Virus record (IMG/VR): IMGVR_UViG_3300028048_003124
DNA: 64,000 bases
Strand: one strand, 5' to 3'
From: a virus
Taxonomy: Duplodnaviria; Caudoviricetes
Below the pieces are notes generated by a model. The model did no database searches and was not told where the DNA came from. It worked only from the letters and a program-made list of their open reading frames with translations. A program made the position numbers and the translations under genes. Positions 37,969-46,808 of this stretch are shown here, one piece after another; within the stretch, counting starts at the first letter, position 1; each line of letters opens with the position of its first letter.

Positions 37969-39579
37969 ATGATTATACTTTTAATTGTTTTATTATGGAT
38001 AATTAGTATAGCATTAAGGATAACCTCCTCTGGTATAAGAACAGTAAATAGTGTTTCAAATAAGGTATCAAAACTTGCCGATAAATCAAAAGATAAAATA
38101 GAGGGTAAATTAGATGTAAAGAAAGATGTGGAAGATGTAAAAATACAGAATGGTGTTAGAGGTGTAAGAAAAACAGCTAGAAAAGCAAAAGATTTAGTAG
38201 TAAAAGCAACAACAAGGGTAATAGGTGCAGTACGAATTATAATAGATTGGCTTCGAAGAATTCTATTGTTAATACTACCAGAGATATTGCTTCTTGATTT
38301 AATAGTATTTTTGGTTTTAGTAGTAATAGCTTCTAGTGTTTTATTATTTTATGATAAGTTTGCAGAGATTAAATCAGATACTTCCTCATCTTCTTCAAGT
38401 CAGACGGTTACTGATGGTGGTAAAAGTAAGTTATTGATAATAGGTGATTCTAGAACAGTATTACTTGGCACTGTGTTGTTTGGTTTGTCAGATAAAGATC
38501 ATACTATAAAATCTAGTACAGATACTGGTGATTATATATACGCAAAAGGCGCAGAAGATTTAAGTTGGGTGAAAGATAATATAAAAGAGATTGATGATCT
38601 TGTAGATGGCGATACCGCAGTAATGTTTAACATGGGTGTTAATGATGTAGCTAATAGGAAAGCTGGATCTTCTGTAGAGCCTGTAAGTGCTTATGTTGAT
38701 TTCTTAAATGATCATTACAAGACATGGAAAGATAAGGGTGCAGATGTTTATTTTGTAAGCACTGGACCTACTAATGATGAAGCTGTAAGTGATCCAAACT
38801 ATAAGATAAACTCGGAAATAAAAGAGTTTAACAAAGGTGTAAAAGATGGTATGAATAGCGAAATAGGCTATGTTGACATATATTCCGCCATAGAAAGTGA
38901 TGTAATGAGTAAAGCCACAGAGGATGGTATACATTATTACGGGAAAGATATAAATCAAAAGATATATGATGAAATGGCAAAACACAAGGGTAGTGGTTCT
39001 ATTGAGAAAAAGTCAAAAGTTTTGATAATTGGCGACAGTAGAATGGTAGGACTGGCTACTTCTGTATTAGGAATGTCGTCAACTAAGTCAACATATAGCG
39101 GTAATTCTTGGGATTTTGTTGATGATACAAAAGATAATATTCATGTTTACGCCATGGTAAGTATGGGTTTGTCTTGGACAAAATCTAATTTGGATGAAAT
39201 AAATGGGTATATTGATTCCGATACTGCTGTTGTATTTGCAATGGGAGCAAATGACTTGTCTGGCGATAAAGATGGTGCATCCTATATTGAGTTCCTGAAT
39301 GATCAACAGCCTAAGTGGGCAGAAAAAGGTGCTTCTGTTTTCTTTGCAAGCGAGACCGCAATTGATGAGAGTAAGTATACGGGTTATTCAAATAGTGATG
39401 TAGAAAACTTTAATTCTAAGATAAAAAGTGGAGTAAATTCAAAAGTTGGGTACATTGATTTGTACTCAGCAACAAAAGATATGATAGCAACTGGAGATCA
39501 TTCTCCTGACGGTCTGCATTATGACTCAGATGTGTATGAGAAAATGTTAGATTCGATAAAATCTTCAGCAATGAAATAA
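37969..39579 (+). CDS. Membrane-anchored protein with two tandem SGNH/GDSL hydrolase domains
   Basis: IIGDSR twice, MGVND and MGAND, DGIHY and DGLHY; N-terminal hydrophobic helices. Confidence 0.88.
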   Translation: MIILLIVLLWIISIALRITSSGIRTVNSVSNKVSKLADKSKDKIEGKLDVKKDVEDVKIQNGVRGVRKTARKAKDLVVKATTRVIGAVRIIIDWLRRILLLILPEILLLDLIVFLVLVVIASSVLLFYDKFAEIKSDTSSSSSSQTVTDGGKSKLLIIGDSRTVLLGTVLFGLSDKDHTIKSSTDTGDYIYAKGAEDLSWVKDNIKEIDDLVDGDTAVMFNMGVNDVANRKAGSSVEPVSAYVDFLNDHYKTWKDKGADVYFVSTGPTNDEAVSDPNYKINSEIKEFNKGVKDGMNSEIGYVDIYSAIESDVMSKATEDGIHYYGKDINQKIYDEMAKHKGSGSIEKKSKVLIIGDSRMVGLATSVLGMSSTKSTYSGNSWDFVDDTKDNIHVYAMVSMGLSWTKSNLDEINGYIDSDTAVVFAMGANDLSGDKDGASYIEFLNDQQPKWAEKGASVFFASETAIDESKYTGYSNSDVENFNSKIKSGVNSKVGYIDLYSATKDMIATGDHSPDGLHYDSDVYEKMLDSIKSSAMK

Positions 39580-39580
39580 T

Positions 39581-39621
39581 AGAGTAAGCTGACTTAATAC
39601 TGTCAGCTTACTTTTTTGTTT
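39581..39621 (+). terminator. Intrinsic terminator
   Basis: AGTAAGCTGAC-8 nt-GTCAGCTTACT followed by TTTTTGTTT. Confidence 0.88.
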
Positions 39622-39686
39622 GAGATATAGTTATATTAGAACTTAGAAACAGGTAATTGTTATGTTCAACTCTTAGGGGGTATTTT

Positions 39687-40769
39687 ATGCGAAAAGAAGA
39701 CGTTACTGGAATGCAGCCTCAAATGGGCGACATTAGTATTACTTTACCTATAACATTTGACTATTCTGGTGGTAGAAAAGATAGAAATAAAAGTATAAGG
39801 ATATGGGCTATAATTGTAAGTGTAATAGGTGTAATTGTAGCAGTTGGTATTCTGTTTGGAAAAAATGAGTTTTATATTAAGGTGCCATTATCTATACTAA
39901 TATTTTATGGTGTGCTTTTAATTATTCGTTATCTCTTTTTTAAAGAGGGGAAACGTAAAGAAGATTATAAAGCTATGATAGATAATGATTATGAAATGTC
40001 TTACAAAGAAATATGGGGTATTTATTCAGTAGAGGACACTCATCCTTACTATTGTAGGTTTAGAAATGGTAAGAGTGGTGTTTATATAAGATTAAACAAA
40101 GATGTAATTCTTGGAAAATATAGCGAGTCTGAGTATGAACATTATGAGGCTGTTGCTGATGCTTATAATTTAGCAGGAGCTGGAAAAGTTCAAATGGTTC
40201 ATATTGATTATATGGATAATGTAGGTTCAGATGAAAGACTAGAGGAGAGTTTCATAGCGATAGAGGGTGTTAGTAACCCTGATATCAAAGATATTTTAAC
40301 GGATATCTATAGTTATCAGCAGGCAAATATGCAGCGTCGTGTATCTACTTTTGATGTGTATGCCTTTTTATGGACTGGTAACGATATAACAGCATGGAAT
40401 ACTATTATTCGTATTCTAAATTGCTTTCTAGAAGCAAATTATCGTAGCTATCAGGTATTAGATGAGCGTGAGCTTAGGGAGTTAACAAAATCTGTGTTCA
40501 ATCTAAATGATTTTTCAATTACAGATGCTTCTGCTTCTGCCTTTAATACTGATGATACTGCTTCAATAAAACCAATCTCTATTTCTGACGTAGACGGAAA
40601 CATCAGGGTAATAAATAAGACCTCTCTTGAAAAAGAAGAGGAAAAGAAGTTACATAGAGAAGAGGAAATAGCTACTCAGAAGGAGATATTAAGGCGTAAA
40701 AGAGAAAAGAAAAATAAAAAGAAGAAACCGACTTCTGAAGAGGTTGATGTTTATAATGATATATTTTAA
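39687..40769 (+). CDS. Two-TM conjugation protein (VirB3/PrgI-TrsD-like candidate)
   Basis: AGGGGG SD; two adjacent N-terminal TMs plus a cytoplasmic domain; first gene of the run containing VirB4. Confidence 0.5.
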   Translation: MRKEDVTGMQPQMGDISITLPITFDYSGGRKDRNKSIRIWAIIVSVIGVIVAVGILFGKNEFYIKVPLSILIFYGVLLIIRYLFFKEGKRKEDYKAMIDNDYEMSYKEIWGIYSVEDTHPYYCRFRNGKSGVYIRLNKDVILGKYSESEYEHYEAVADAYNLAGAGKVQMVHIDYMDNVGSDERLEESFIAIEGVSNPDIKDILTDIYSYQQANMQRRVSTFDVYAFLWTGNDITAWNTIIRILNCFLEANYRSYQVLDERELRELTKSVFNLNDFSITDASASAFNTDDTASIKPISISDVDGNIRVINKTSLEKEEEKKLHREEEIATQKEILRRKREKKNKKKKPTSEEVDVYNDIF

Positions 40770-40789
40770 TAGAAAGGGTTGTTTTAATA

Positions 40790-42358
40790 ATGTTAGTAAT
40801 GTTATCTTGTGGACCTAGTAGTGGTAAAATAATAAAAACTATTTCTACTCAGATAGATAATATAGACTTTCATAGTTTTCAAAATGTAGAGGAGTTTATA
40901 CATCAGTGTCAGTTACGACATCTGGCTTTTGATAGGCTTGTATTCACTAGTAAGTTCACTTCAAGTGAGGAGGATATGTCCTCTTTGTGTGATTTTGTAA
41001 GAAGCGATCTTGGTAGTGTTGAGATTGTAATGATACTATCTAAAAACCAAAAGAACTACGAGGGTATTTTTAAGGAGTATTTTGACAGTCCAACATACAC
41101 TGTTATGTATGTAGATAATCCTACTACAAAATGTATTGTAGATGCTGTAAATCTACCGATAATAGATGTAAAAGCTAGGTACTATAATTTGGATAAGCCA
41201 AAGGATGTTGAGAGTCATAAAAATTCTAAATTTGGATTATTCAAAGGCGGAAAAAAGAATAAAGAAAATAATTCGCAGAATCAAAATTCTGGTAATGATA
41301 GTTCTGAAAGTACGCAGAATGCTGGAGATACTGAAGAGAGCAATAGCTCAGATAACGTCGAAAAGAATGATCGTAATCTATCGGAGAATATTGGAGACTT
41401 GAATGGTACAGGTCTTTCCTCGGAAGCTGATAATCAAGAAAAACCTGAATTTGGTTTTGATGGGTTTAGTCCTGTTGCTAACGAAAACGTAGTTGCGGAT
41501 AATTCTGAACCATCAACAGACGATTTAGATTTAAACATCGGAGAATACGGTATGATGCATTCAGACTCTGGTTTTGTTGGCGATGATGATTTATCAGAGT
41601 TAGAAGAGTATGCTCGTACTCATAATACTGTAGAAGAGCCTACCAATGTTGTTCAAAGTAAACCTATTAGACAAAGGGCTTCTGAGTTAGTCAAACCTAG
41701 TGGTAGTGACGATAATAAGCCTCCTGTAGAGAAGTATGAGTCCGTAAAAGAGGATCGCCCTGTTTATACTAAAAAGGCTTCTACAGATATTATATTTGTA
41801 ACAGGTTTGCGTGGCTCAGAGGCTACAATAACAGTAGTAAATACAGCTGTTGATATGTCTAAGGAAGGCAAAAGAGTACTAATAATTGACTTAGACGACA
41901 ACCAAAGCGGAGTATTGTCTTTCATTGATGTAAATTCTTACTATTTGAGAGGTTGTTTTAATGGTATAAAAACTAGGAAAATTTATTCGGAGGATGGAGT
42001 AGATATCCTTTCCAATGGGTATGATAAGCCTATAAGCAATGATGATGTAAAAAACTTACTATCAAGTGAATTACTGACTAGGTATGATACAGTTATAGTA
42101 GATTGCCCATTAGACTGCTTACCTTTAGTAGAAGATTCTCTATTTGATAAAGGTGAAGTATGGGTATGTTGTATTCCAGATTTAAGCAAACTGGTTGAGA
42201 CTACTATGAAGCTCAACGATAGAAGCAGTGTTTCCTTGAAGAAGAATATTATCATAAACTCTAATTGTAGAGTTATTTCTAGTGATGATATTTACGATGA
42301 AGATGTTGATATGTTAAAGAGAGATTTTGTATTTCCTAATGGTTGTTGGTTGGATTAA
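40790..42358 (+). CDS. Receiver-like N-domain, acidic linker and degenerate ParA/MinD-like domain (TadZ/CpaE-like layout)
   Basis: IIFVTGLRGSEAT (Walker A lacking the canonical lysines), GKRVLIIDLD, GVDIL, YDTVIVDCP. Confidence 0.65.
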   Translation: MLVMLSCGPSSGKIIKTISTQIDNIDFHSFQNVEEFIHQCQLRHLAFDRLVFTSKFTSSEEDMSSLCDFVRSDLGSVEIVMILSKNQKNYEGIFKEYFDSPTYTVMYVDNPTTKCIVDAVNLPIIDVKARYYNLDKPKDVESHKNSKFGLFKGGKKNKENNSQNQNSGNDSSESTQNAGDTEESNSSDNVEKNDRNLSENIGDLNGTGLSSEADNQEKPEFGFDGFSPVANENVVADNSEPSTDDLDLNIGEYGMMHSDSGFVGDDDLSELEEYARTHNTVEEPTNVVQSKPIRQRASELVKPSGSDDNKPPVEKYESVKEDRPVYTKKASTDIIFVTGLRGSEATITVVNTAVDMSKEGKRVLIIDLDDNQSGVLSFIDVNSYYLRGCFNGIKTRKIYSEDGVDILSNGYDKPISNDDVKNLLSSELLTRYDTVIVDCPLDCLPLVEDSLFDKGEVWVCCIPDLSKLVETTMKLNDRSSVSLKKNIIINSNCRVISSDDIYDEDVDMLKRDFVFPNGCWLD

Positions 42359-42376
42359 CAGTAGGGTGGTAAGGTT

Positions 42377-43621
42377 ATGAATATATTGGTTTCTGATTCA
42401 ACTATATCTTATAAAAATTGGATAGTTGTTAGAACTATTAAAGATGCTTTAAGTGTCGTAGGATTTGTTGAAGGGTTAGTATATCATAAAAGTCAAGAAA
42501 AGTCTGAGGACAAGATAAAGTTTATGACAGAGTTTTCTAAAAAGCATACAAGTTGTAAGATAGTATATTTGTGTGCCAAGGATAAGGCTGATAATGCTCT
42601 TAAGATGTTGATAACAGGTGGTCTTAACGGCAAGTATGTAGACGATGAGTTTTATCTTGAGAGTGATAGAGAGCTAAATACTCTTTTAGTAGATTCTGCT
42701 ATGATTGTAAAATCTTCTGATCTATCGGGTATTGATGTGCTGAGAGATTTCTTTAATAGGTACACTTCTGGTGATAAGCCAATATCTAAAAGGTATTTGT
42801 CGATTGTAAAATCTGCGGCAATAGAGCTAAGTGAGGCTTATGCAGAGAAAAATAAAGAGATATTAGAGATGTCTGAGTCTGCGGCTGAGATATTCTCTAA
42901 CTCGATAGATTTAATAGCTCAGATGCGTGAGCAGCAAGAGTCTTTAGAAAAGGATATAAAATCTATAAGAGATAGAAGTGCTGAGATGACTTCATACTCG
43001 CAGCCAGCAAGGGCAATAGGTGGATCAGTTTTATTCTACCCCAGAGTTAATTATTTAAAGAACAAAGCTATAATACGCATAAAAGATATTGGAGATTGTC
43101 CTTATGTTACATCATTTTGTATAGGTTTTAGAGAGTATTTAGAGAGAATAAAAAGTGTAAGACCAAAACTAATCGTAATAGAGGGTAATGGTCATATAAA
43201 AAGAGATTGCTACCCAGACTTCAAGTGGGTAGTAAATGAAAATAAGAACGATATTAGAAACTATTATGATAAAGTGGTTTTTACAAACTGTCCAACAACT
43301 GTAATAATGTCTAAGTTGTTAGATGATAGTGATTATGATACATTTATTGTATTAGATAAGACTGAGAATTATAAAGACCATATCTTAAACAGTAAGGGTT
43401 TAGTAATATATTCGATTGCTTCTGAGCGTTTTATAACTCAGTTAAAATTACCTAAAAAGGATTGCATAACATTAATAAAAGAAGTGAAAGGCACTCTGTT
43501 TAGTTTACCTTTCTTTTCAGATTATCCTAAAAGAGATGATCAGAGAATGAATATGTACTTACGAGAGTGTTCCGATAGGTATAACATTTTATTTAGTGCT
43601 AGGCTTGGAAATACTTTATAA
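42377..43621 (+). CDS. Hypothetical protein with a central coiled coil and a possibly decayed ParA-like C-domain
   Basis: Heptad stretch QMREQQESLEKDIKSIRD; RPKLIVIE and DYDTFIVLD segments. Confidence 0.6.
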   Translation: MNILVSDSTISYKNWIVVRTIKDALSVVGFVEGLVYHKSQEKSEDKIKFMTEFSKKHTSCKIVYLCAKDKADNALKMLITGGLNGKYVDDEFYLESDRELNTLLVDSAMIVKSSDLSGIDVLRDFFNRYTSGDKPISKRYLSIVKSAAIELSEAYAEKNKEILEMSESAAEIFSNSIDLIAQMREQQESLEKDIKSIRDRSAEMTSYSQPARAIGGSVLFYPRVNYLKNKAIIRIKDIGDCPYVTSFCIGFREYLERIKSVRPKLIVIEGNGHIKRDCYPDFKWVVNENKNDIRNYYDKVVFTNCPTTVIMSKLLDDSDYDTFIVLDKTENYKDHILNSKGLVIYSIASERFITQLKLPKKDCITLIKEVKGTLFSLPFFSDYPKRDDQRMNMYLRECSDRYNILFSARLGNTL

Positions 43622-43641
43622 GTATTTAGAAAGAGGTTACT

Positions 43642-45705
43642 ATGTGGCTATTTAAGAAAACAGAGCATCCAGATGTGAAAATATCAGCAACTAAGTTTTG
43701 GGTGCACTACATAATGACTCACTTGCGTAGAAATGTAAGTATGTACCCTAAGTTAAGGGATTACAACTTCTATGCTAATGAGAATGCTACAATGAGTGGT
43801 AAGACTAGGATAACATACTATTACACGATAGACGGATATCCTATCGAGACTCCTATAGATTTTAGAGCTGATATAAGAGATGTAACAGCTTCTGATGTTA
43901 AGGTATCTTTCATATCTACGTTTGAGCCTACAAGAATAGATTGGAACAGTGCTCAAATGCGTTCTAAGTTGAAGACTTGGCAAAACATTGAGGAAGATTC
44001 TGTTGAGGTAACTAGTTATAACTATAATAAGTATGCTACAAGTTTGACCAGTAGAGAAAGAAGAAAAGACTCGATAGTGTATTTGACAGATGCTGGTCAA
44101 AGAAAACGTAACCTATTTAAATACAGAACACTGATGGTAGTAAGTGGTTACAGAGGAGAAAATTTTGATAAGTCTATCTTTGAAATTGAGGAGCACTGCA
44201 AGTCTATCGATATGAAGATAACAAGGGTAGAGGAAGATTTAGGCGAGTTTTTAAAGGCTTTTAGCCCATTTTCTGCCCAGTTGACTAGCAAGATATTAAA
44301 ACAGGTAGGTAATAACACTTTACCTGATGAACAGATAGCCAGATTTAGTACTTACGCGCAGGGTAAGATAGGCAAGAGTGGTATTATGTTTGGAACAGAT
44401 ATACACTCTGGTTTTGCCGTTTACAAGCAGGTAAAGAAATCAGATGTAGATGCCGAGAACATACTTATAACAGCTGAGACCGGTGGTGGTAAGTCTTATT
44501 TTGCAAAGTATTTATTATTACAATTGTTGGCGTATGATTACTTTAATGGTACTATAAATGATATAGAAGGCTCTGAGTATCTGCCTTTAGCAAATTACCT
44601 AAGTCATAATGACAAAGTGGTAATATTAAATATGGCAGAGGGTCAAGGTTGTTATTATGACCCATTTGAAATATCTCTAACTGGTGTCGAGAAGTTAGAT
44701 GCTGACCTTTTTACTTTCTGTAAGTCATTCACAAACACGATATTTAGGGTATTGATAGGTGAAACATTACTAGACACTAATGATTGGGCGCAAAAGATTG
44801 TAAACAATGCGATTGCTTTAGCATATTCTGAGTTAGGTGTTAAAGAGAGCGACAGTTCTACTTGGGAGAACACCAAAGGTTATGACTTATTTTATGTATA
44901 TTCCAAGTTCAAGGATTTGTACCTTGAGTGTATAAGACTTAAAGATGCAAGAGAGGAAGATTTAGCGTTAAGCCAGAGGTATAAGTTGAACCCAGAGTAT
45001 TTAGATACGCTTGATAAGGTTGTTGCAAAGCTATCAGAGTATTTTGAACCTTTTGAAAGAGGTGGAATACGTTCAGACGTATTTAAGAACAGGGTAACTC
45101 TTAGCGATATTGTTGATGCTAAGTTACTTGTAAACTCGTTTGGTATGGAAGGAAGATCTGCAACAACTGTAGATAAAACTCAGATGGCTTTGACTCAGAT
45201 ATCAGCAGCAAACATATCATATATACGGAGTATTTTCTCGAAAGCTCAAGGTAAGTTTAATTTCAAGGTCTGGGAGGAGTTCCAAAGATGGGGGCAATTT
45301 CCAGGTAGTGCAATAACTATTAAAACGGCTATAACTGGTGGTCGTAAGTTGGGTGATGTTAATTTTATTATTACTAATAATGTAAAAGAGTTATTAGATG
45401 ATGATAGATTTGCTATCTTTGATAATATTACTTCTTTTGCAATAGGTGCTATTGCTTCTCAGAGTACTAGAACTCGTTTATGCGAAGAGTTGTCTGTACC
45501 AAATCTACAGGTAGAGTTAGACAGCATAGTATTAAATAAGGGTAATACAGAGACTTTTGAGAGTAGTAACATGTTACAGAGTAAGTACGACAAGGCTTTC
45601 CTTGTTTGTCTTGATAAGACGGTATCAACTATTGCGAAAGCCGAGTTACCATATCACATAGCTACAAGCTCTATATTTAAGACTGGTGTAGATATAAGAA
45701 AGTAG
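43642..45705 (+). CDS. virB4: VirB4/ConE-like conjugation ATPase
   Basis: NILITAETGGGKS (Walker A), DIEGSEY..L, YDPF, KVWEEF (Walker B), GRKLG...IITN. Confidence 0.8.
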   Translation: MWLFKKTEHPDVKISATKFWVHYIMTHLRRNVSMYPKLRDYNFYANENATMSGKTRITYYYTIDGYPIETPIDFRADIRDVTASDVKVSFISTFEPTRIDWNSAQMRSKLKTWQNIEEDSVEVTSYNYNKYATSLTSRERRKDSIVYLTDAGQRKRNLFKYRTLMVVSGYRGENFDKSIFEIEEHCKSIDMKITRVEEDLGEFLKAFSPFSAQLTSKILKQVGNNTLPDEQIARFSTYAQGKIGKSGIMFGTDIHSGFAVYKQVKKSDVDAENILITAETGGGKSYFAKYLLLQLLAYDYFNGTINDIEGSEYLPLANYLSHNDKVVILNMAEGQGCYYDPFEISLTGVEKLDADLFTFCKSFTNTIFRVLIGETLLDTNDWAQKIVNNAIALAYSELGVKESDSSTWENTKGYDLFYVYSKFKDLYLECIRLKDAREEDLALSQRYKLNPEYLDTLDKVVAKLSEYFEPFERGGIRSDVFKNRVTLSDIVDAKLLVNSFGMEGRSATTVDKTQMALTQISAANISYIRSIFSKAQGKFNFKVWEEFQRWGQFPGSAITIKTAITGGRKLGDVNFIITNNVKELLDDDRFAIFDNITSFAIGAIASQSTRTRLCEELSVPNLQVELDSIVLNKGNTETFESSNMLQSKYDKAFLVCLDKTVSTIAKAELPYHIATSSIFKTGVDIRK

Positions 45706-45715
45706 GGGTTATTTT

Positions 45716-46603
45716 ATGATAAAAAAGGTTTTTGGCAATAAAAAACTATTGTTAGCTATAATAGCTGGTTTTTTGGTGCTTGTTCTGATTATAGGTGGAA
45801 CTATAAGTTCCCATAACAAGCAGAAAGAGAAGGAGAAATCCGAAGCAGAGGCAAGGGAGCGTATGGAGCAGGAAGAAGCTGATATGCTCAATAATTCTGA
45901 CTTTCTTTTAATAAATAAACAGGAAGATTTAAGAAAAAAGTATGGAGCTCTACCAGAAGGGTATATCTGGGACTTTGATGGCTCATTACTGAGTCTTGGT
46001 GATAAGTCTATGTCTGCTGAAGAGGTTCTATATGCATATCTAAATGGTGTAAAAACTTTAGACTTCTCCTCTGTACAGAAGTTTTCTAGAAATAGTATGG
46101 TTGTTGAAACTTATTCAGAGTACTTCAATGAGTCAGCGAGATATAATGATTACAAAGAGAGTTTTATGCGTAATATGTATCGATCTTGTATGTTGTCTAT
46201 ACAGACCGATAAAGTAATAAGTAATACTGTTTTTGCAGAAAACAAACAGGTGTTTACTATAAAAGTAAGTATGTTAGATTTGACTACAAAGGATTTCTGG
46301 CAGAAAGATAAGGAAACTATATACAAAAACTTACAGTTATATAAGAAAGATGAAGCAGATGATACAAAGGGTGATATCTACCTCTATGATTACATAAACA
46401 GATATTATTCTAGTGAAGATGCAGCTAGGAGAGATGTAACTTTTGATATTACACTAGAAAGGTATGCTGATTTGGATACAGGTTGGTTAGTAAGTATAGA
46501 TACAGATGTAGATGCGGCTTGTAGATATGCTGATGGTACTTTAGTTGTCCAGTATATTAAAGAGTGCTTTGCTTCAGAGGCATATGATTATTTTAATAAA
46601 TAA
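45716..46603 (+). CDS. Bitopic membrane protein (VirB8/NTF2-like candidate)
   Basis: N-terminal TM; AEEVLYAYL helix; C-terminal DITLERY....GWLV strand pair; directly after virB4. Confidence 0.5.
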   Translation: MIKKVFGNKKLLLAIIAGFLVLVLIIGGTISSHNKQKEKEKSEAEARERMEQEEADMLNNSDFLLINKQEDLRKKYGALPEGYIWDFDGSLLSLGDKSMSAEEVLYAYLNGVKTLDFSSVQKFSRNSMVVETYSEYFNESARYNDYKESFMRNMYRSCMLSIQTDKVISNTVFAENKQVFTIKVSMLDLTTKDFWQKDKETIYKNLQLYKKDEADDTKGDIYLYDYINRYYSSEDAARRDVTFDITLERYADLDTGWLVSIDTDVDAACRYADGTLVVQYIKECFASEAYDYFNK

Positions 46604-46611
46604 GTTAGGTT

Positions 46612-46806
46612 GTGGTTAAAATTAGGTTTACAAGTACTGATTTATGGTTAACACTCTTAATTATAGTTGTTGCATTTTTGTTTTCGCACATGACTACCGA
46701 TAGAGATATGCCAAAAAACATGAGAACTGTAGCTTGGGTAGTATTTATAATACTTTCGTTACTATACTTAATATTTGGGGTAATTGTGGCAGGAAAGGTT
46801 GGTTAA
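46612..46806 (+). CDS. Small two-TM membrane protein
   Basis: 64 aa with two hydrophobic helices; fills the gap between neighbouring genes. Confidence 0.7.
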   Translation: MVKIRFTSTDLWLTLLIIVVAFLFSHMTTDRDMPKNMRTVAWVVFIILSLLYLIFGVIVAGKVG

Positions 46807-46808
46807 TT

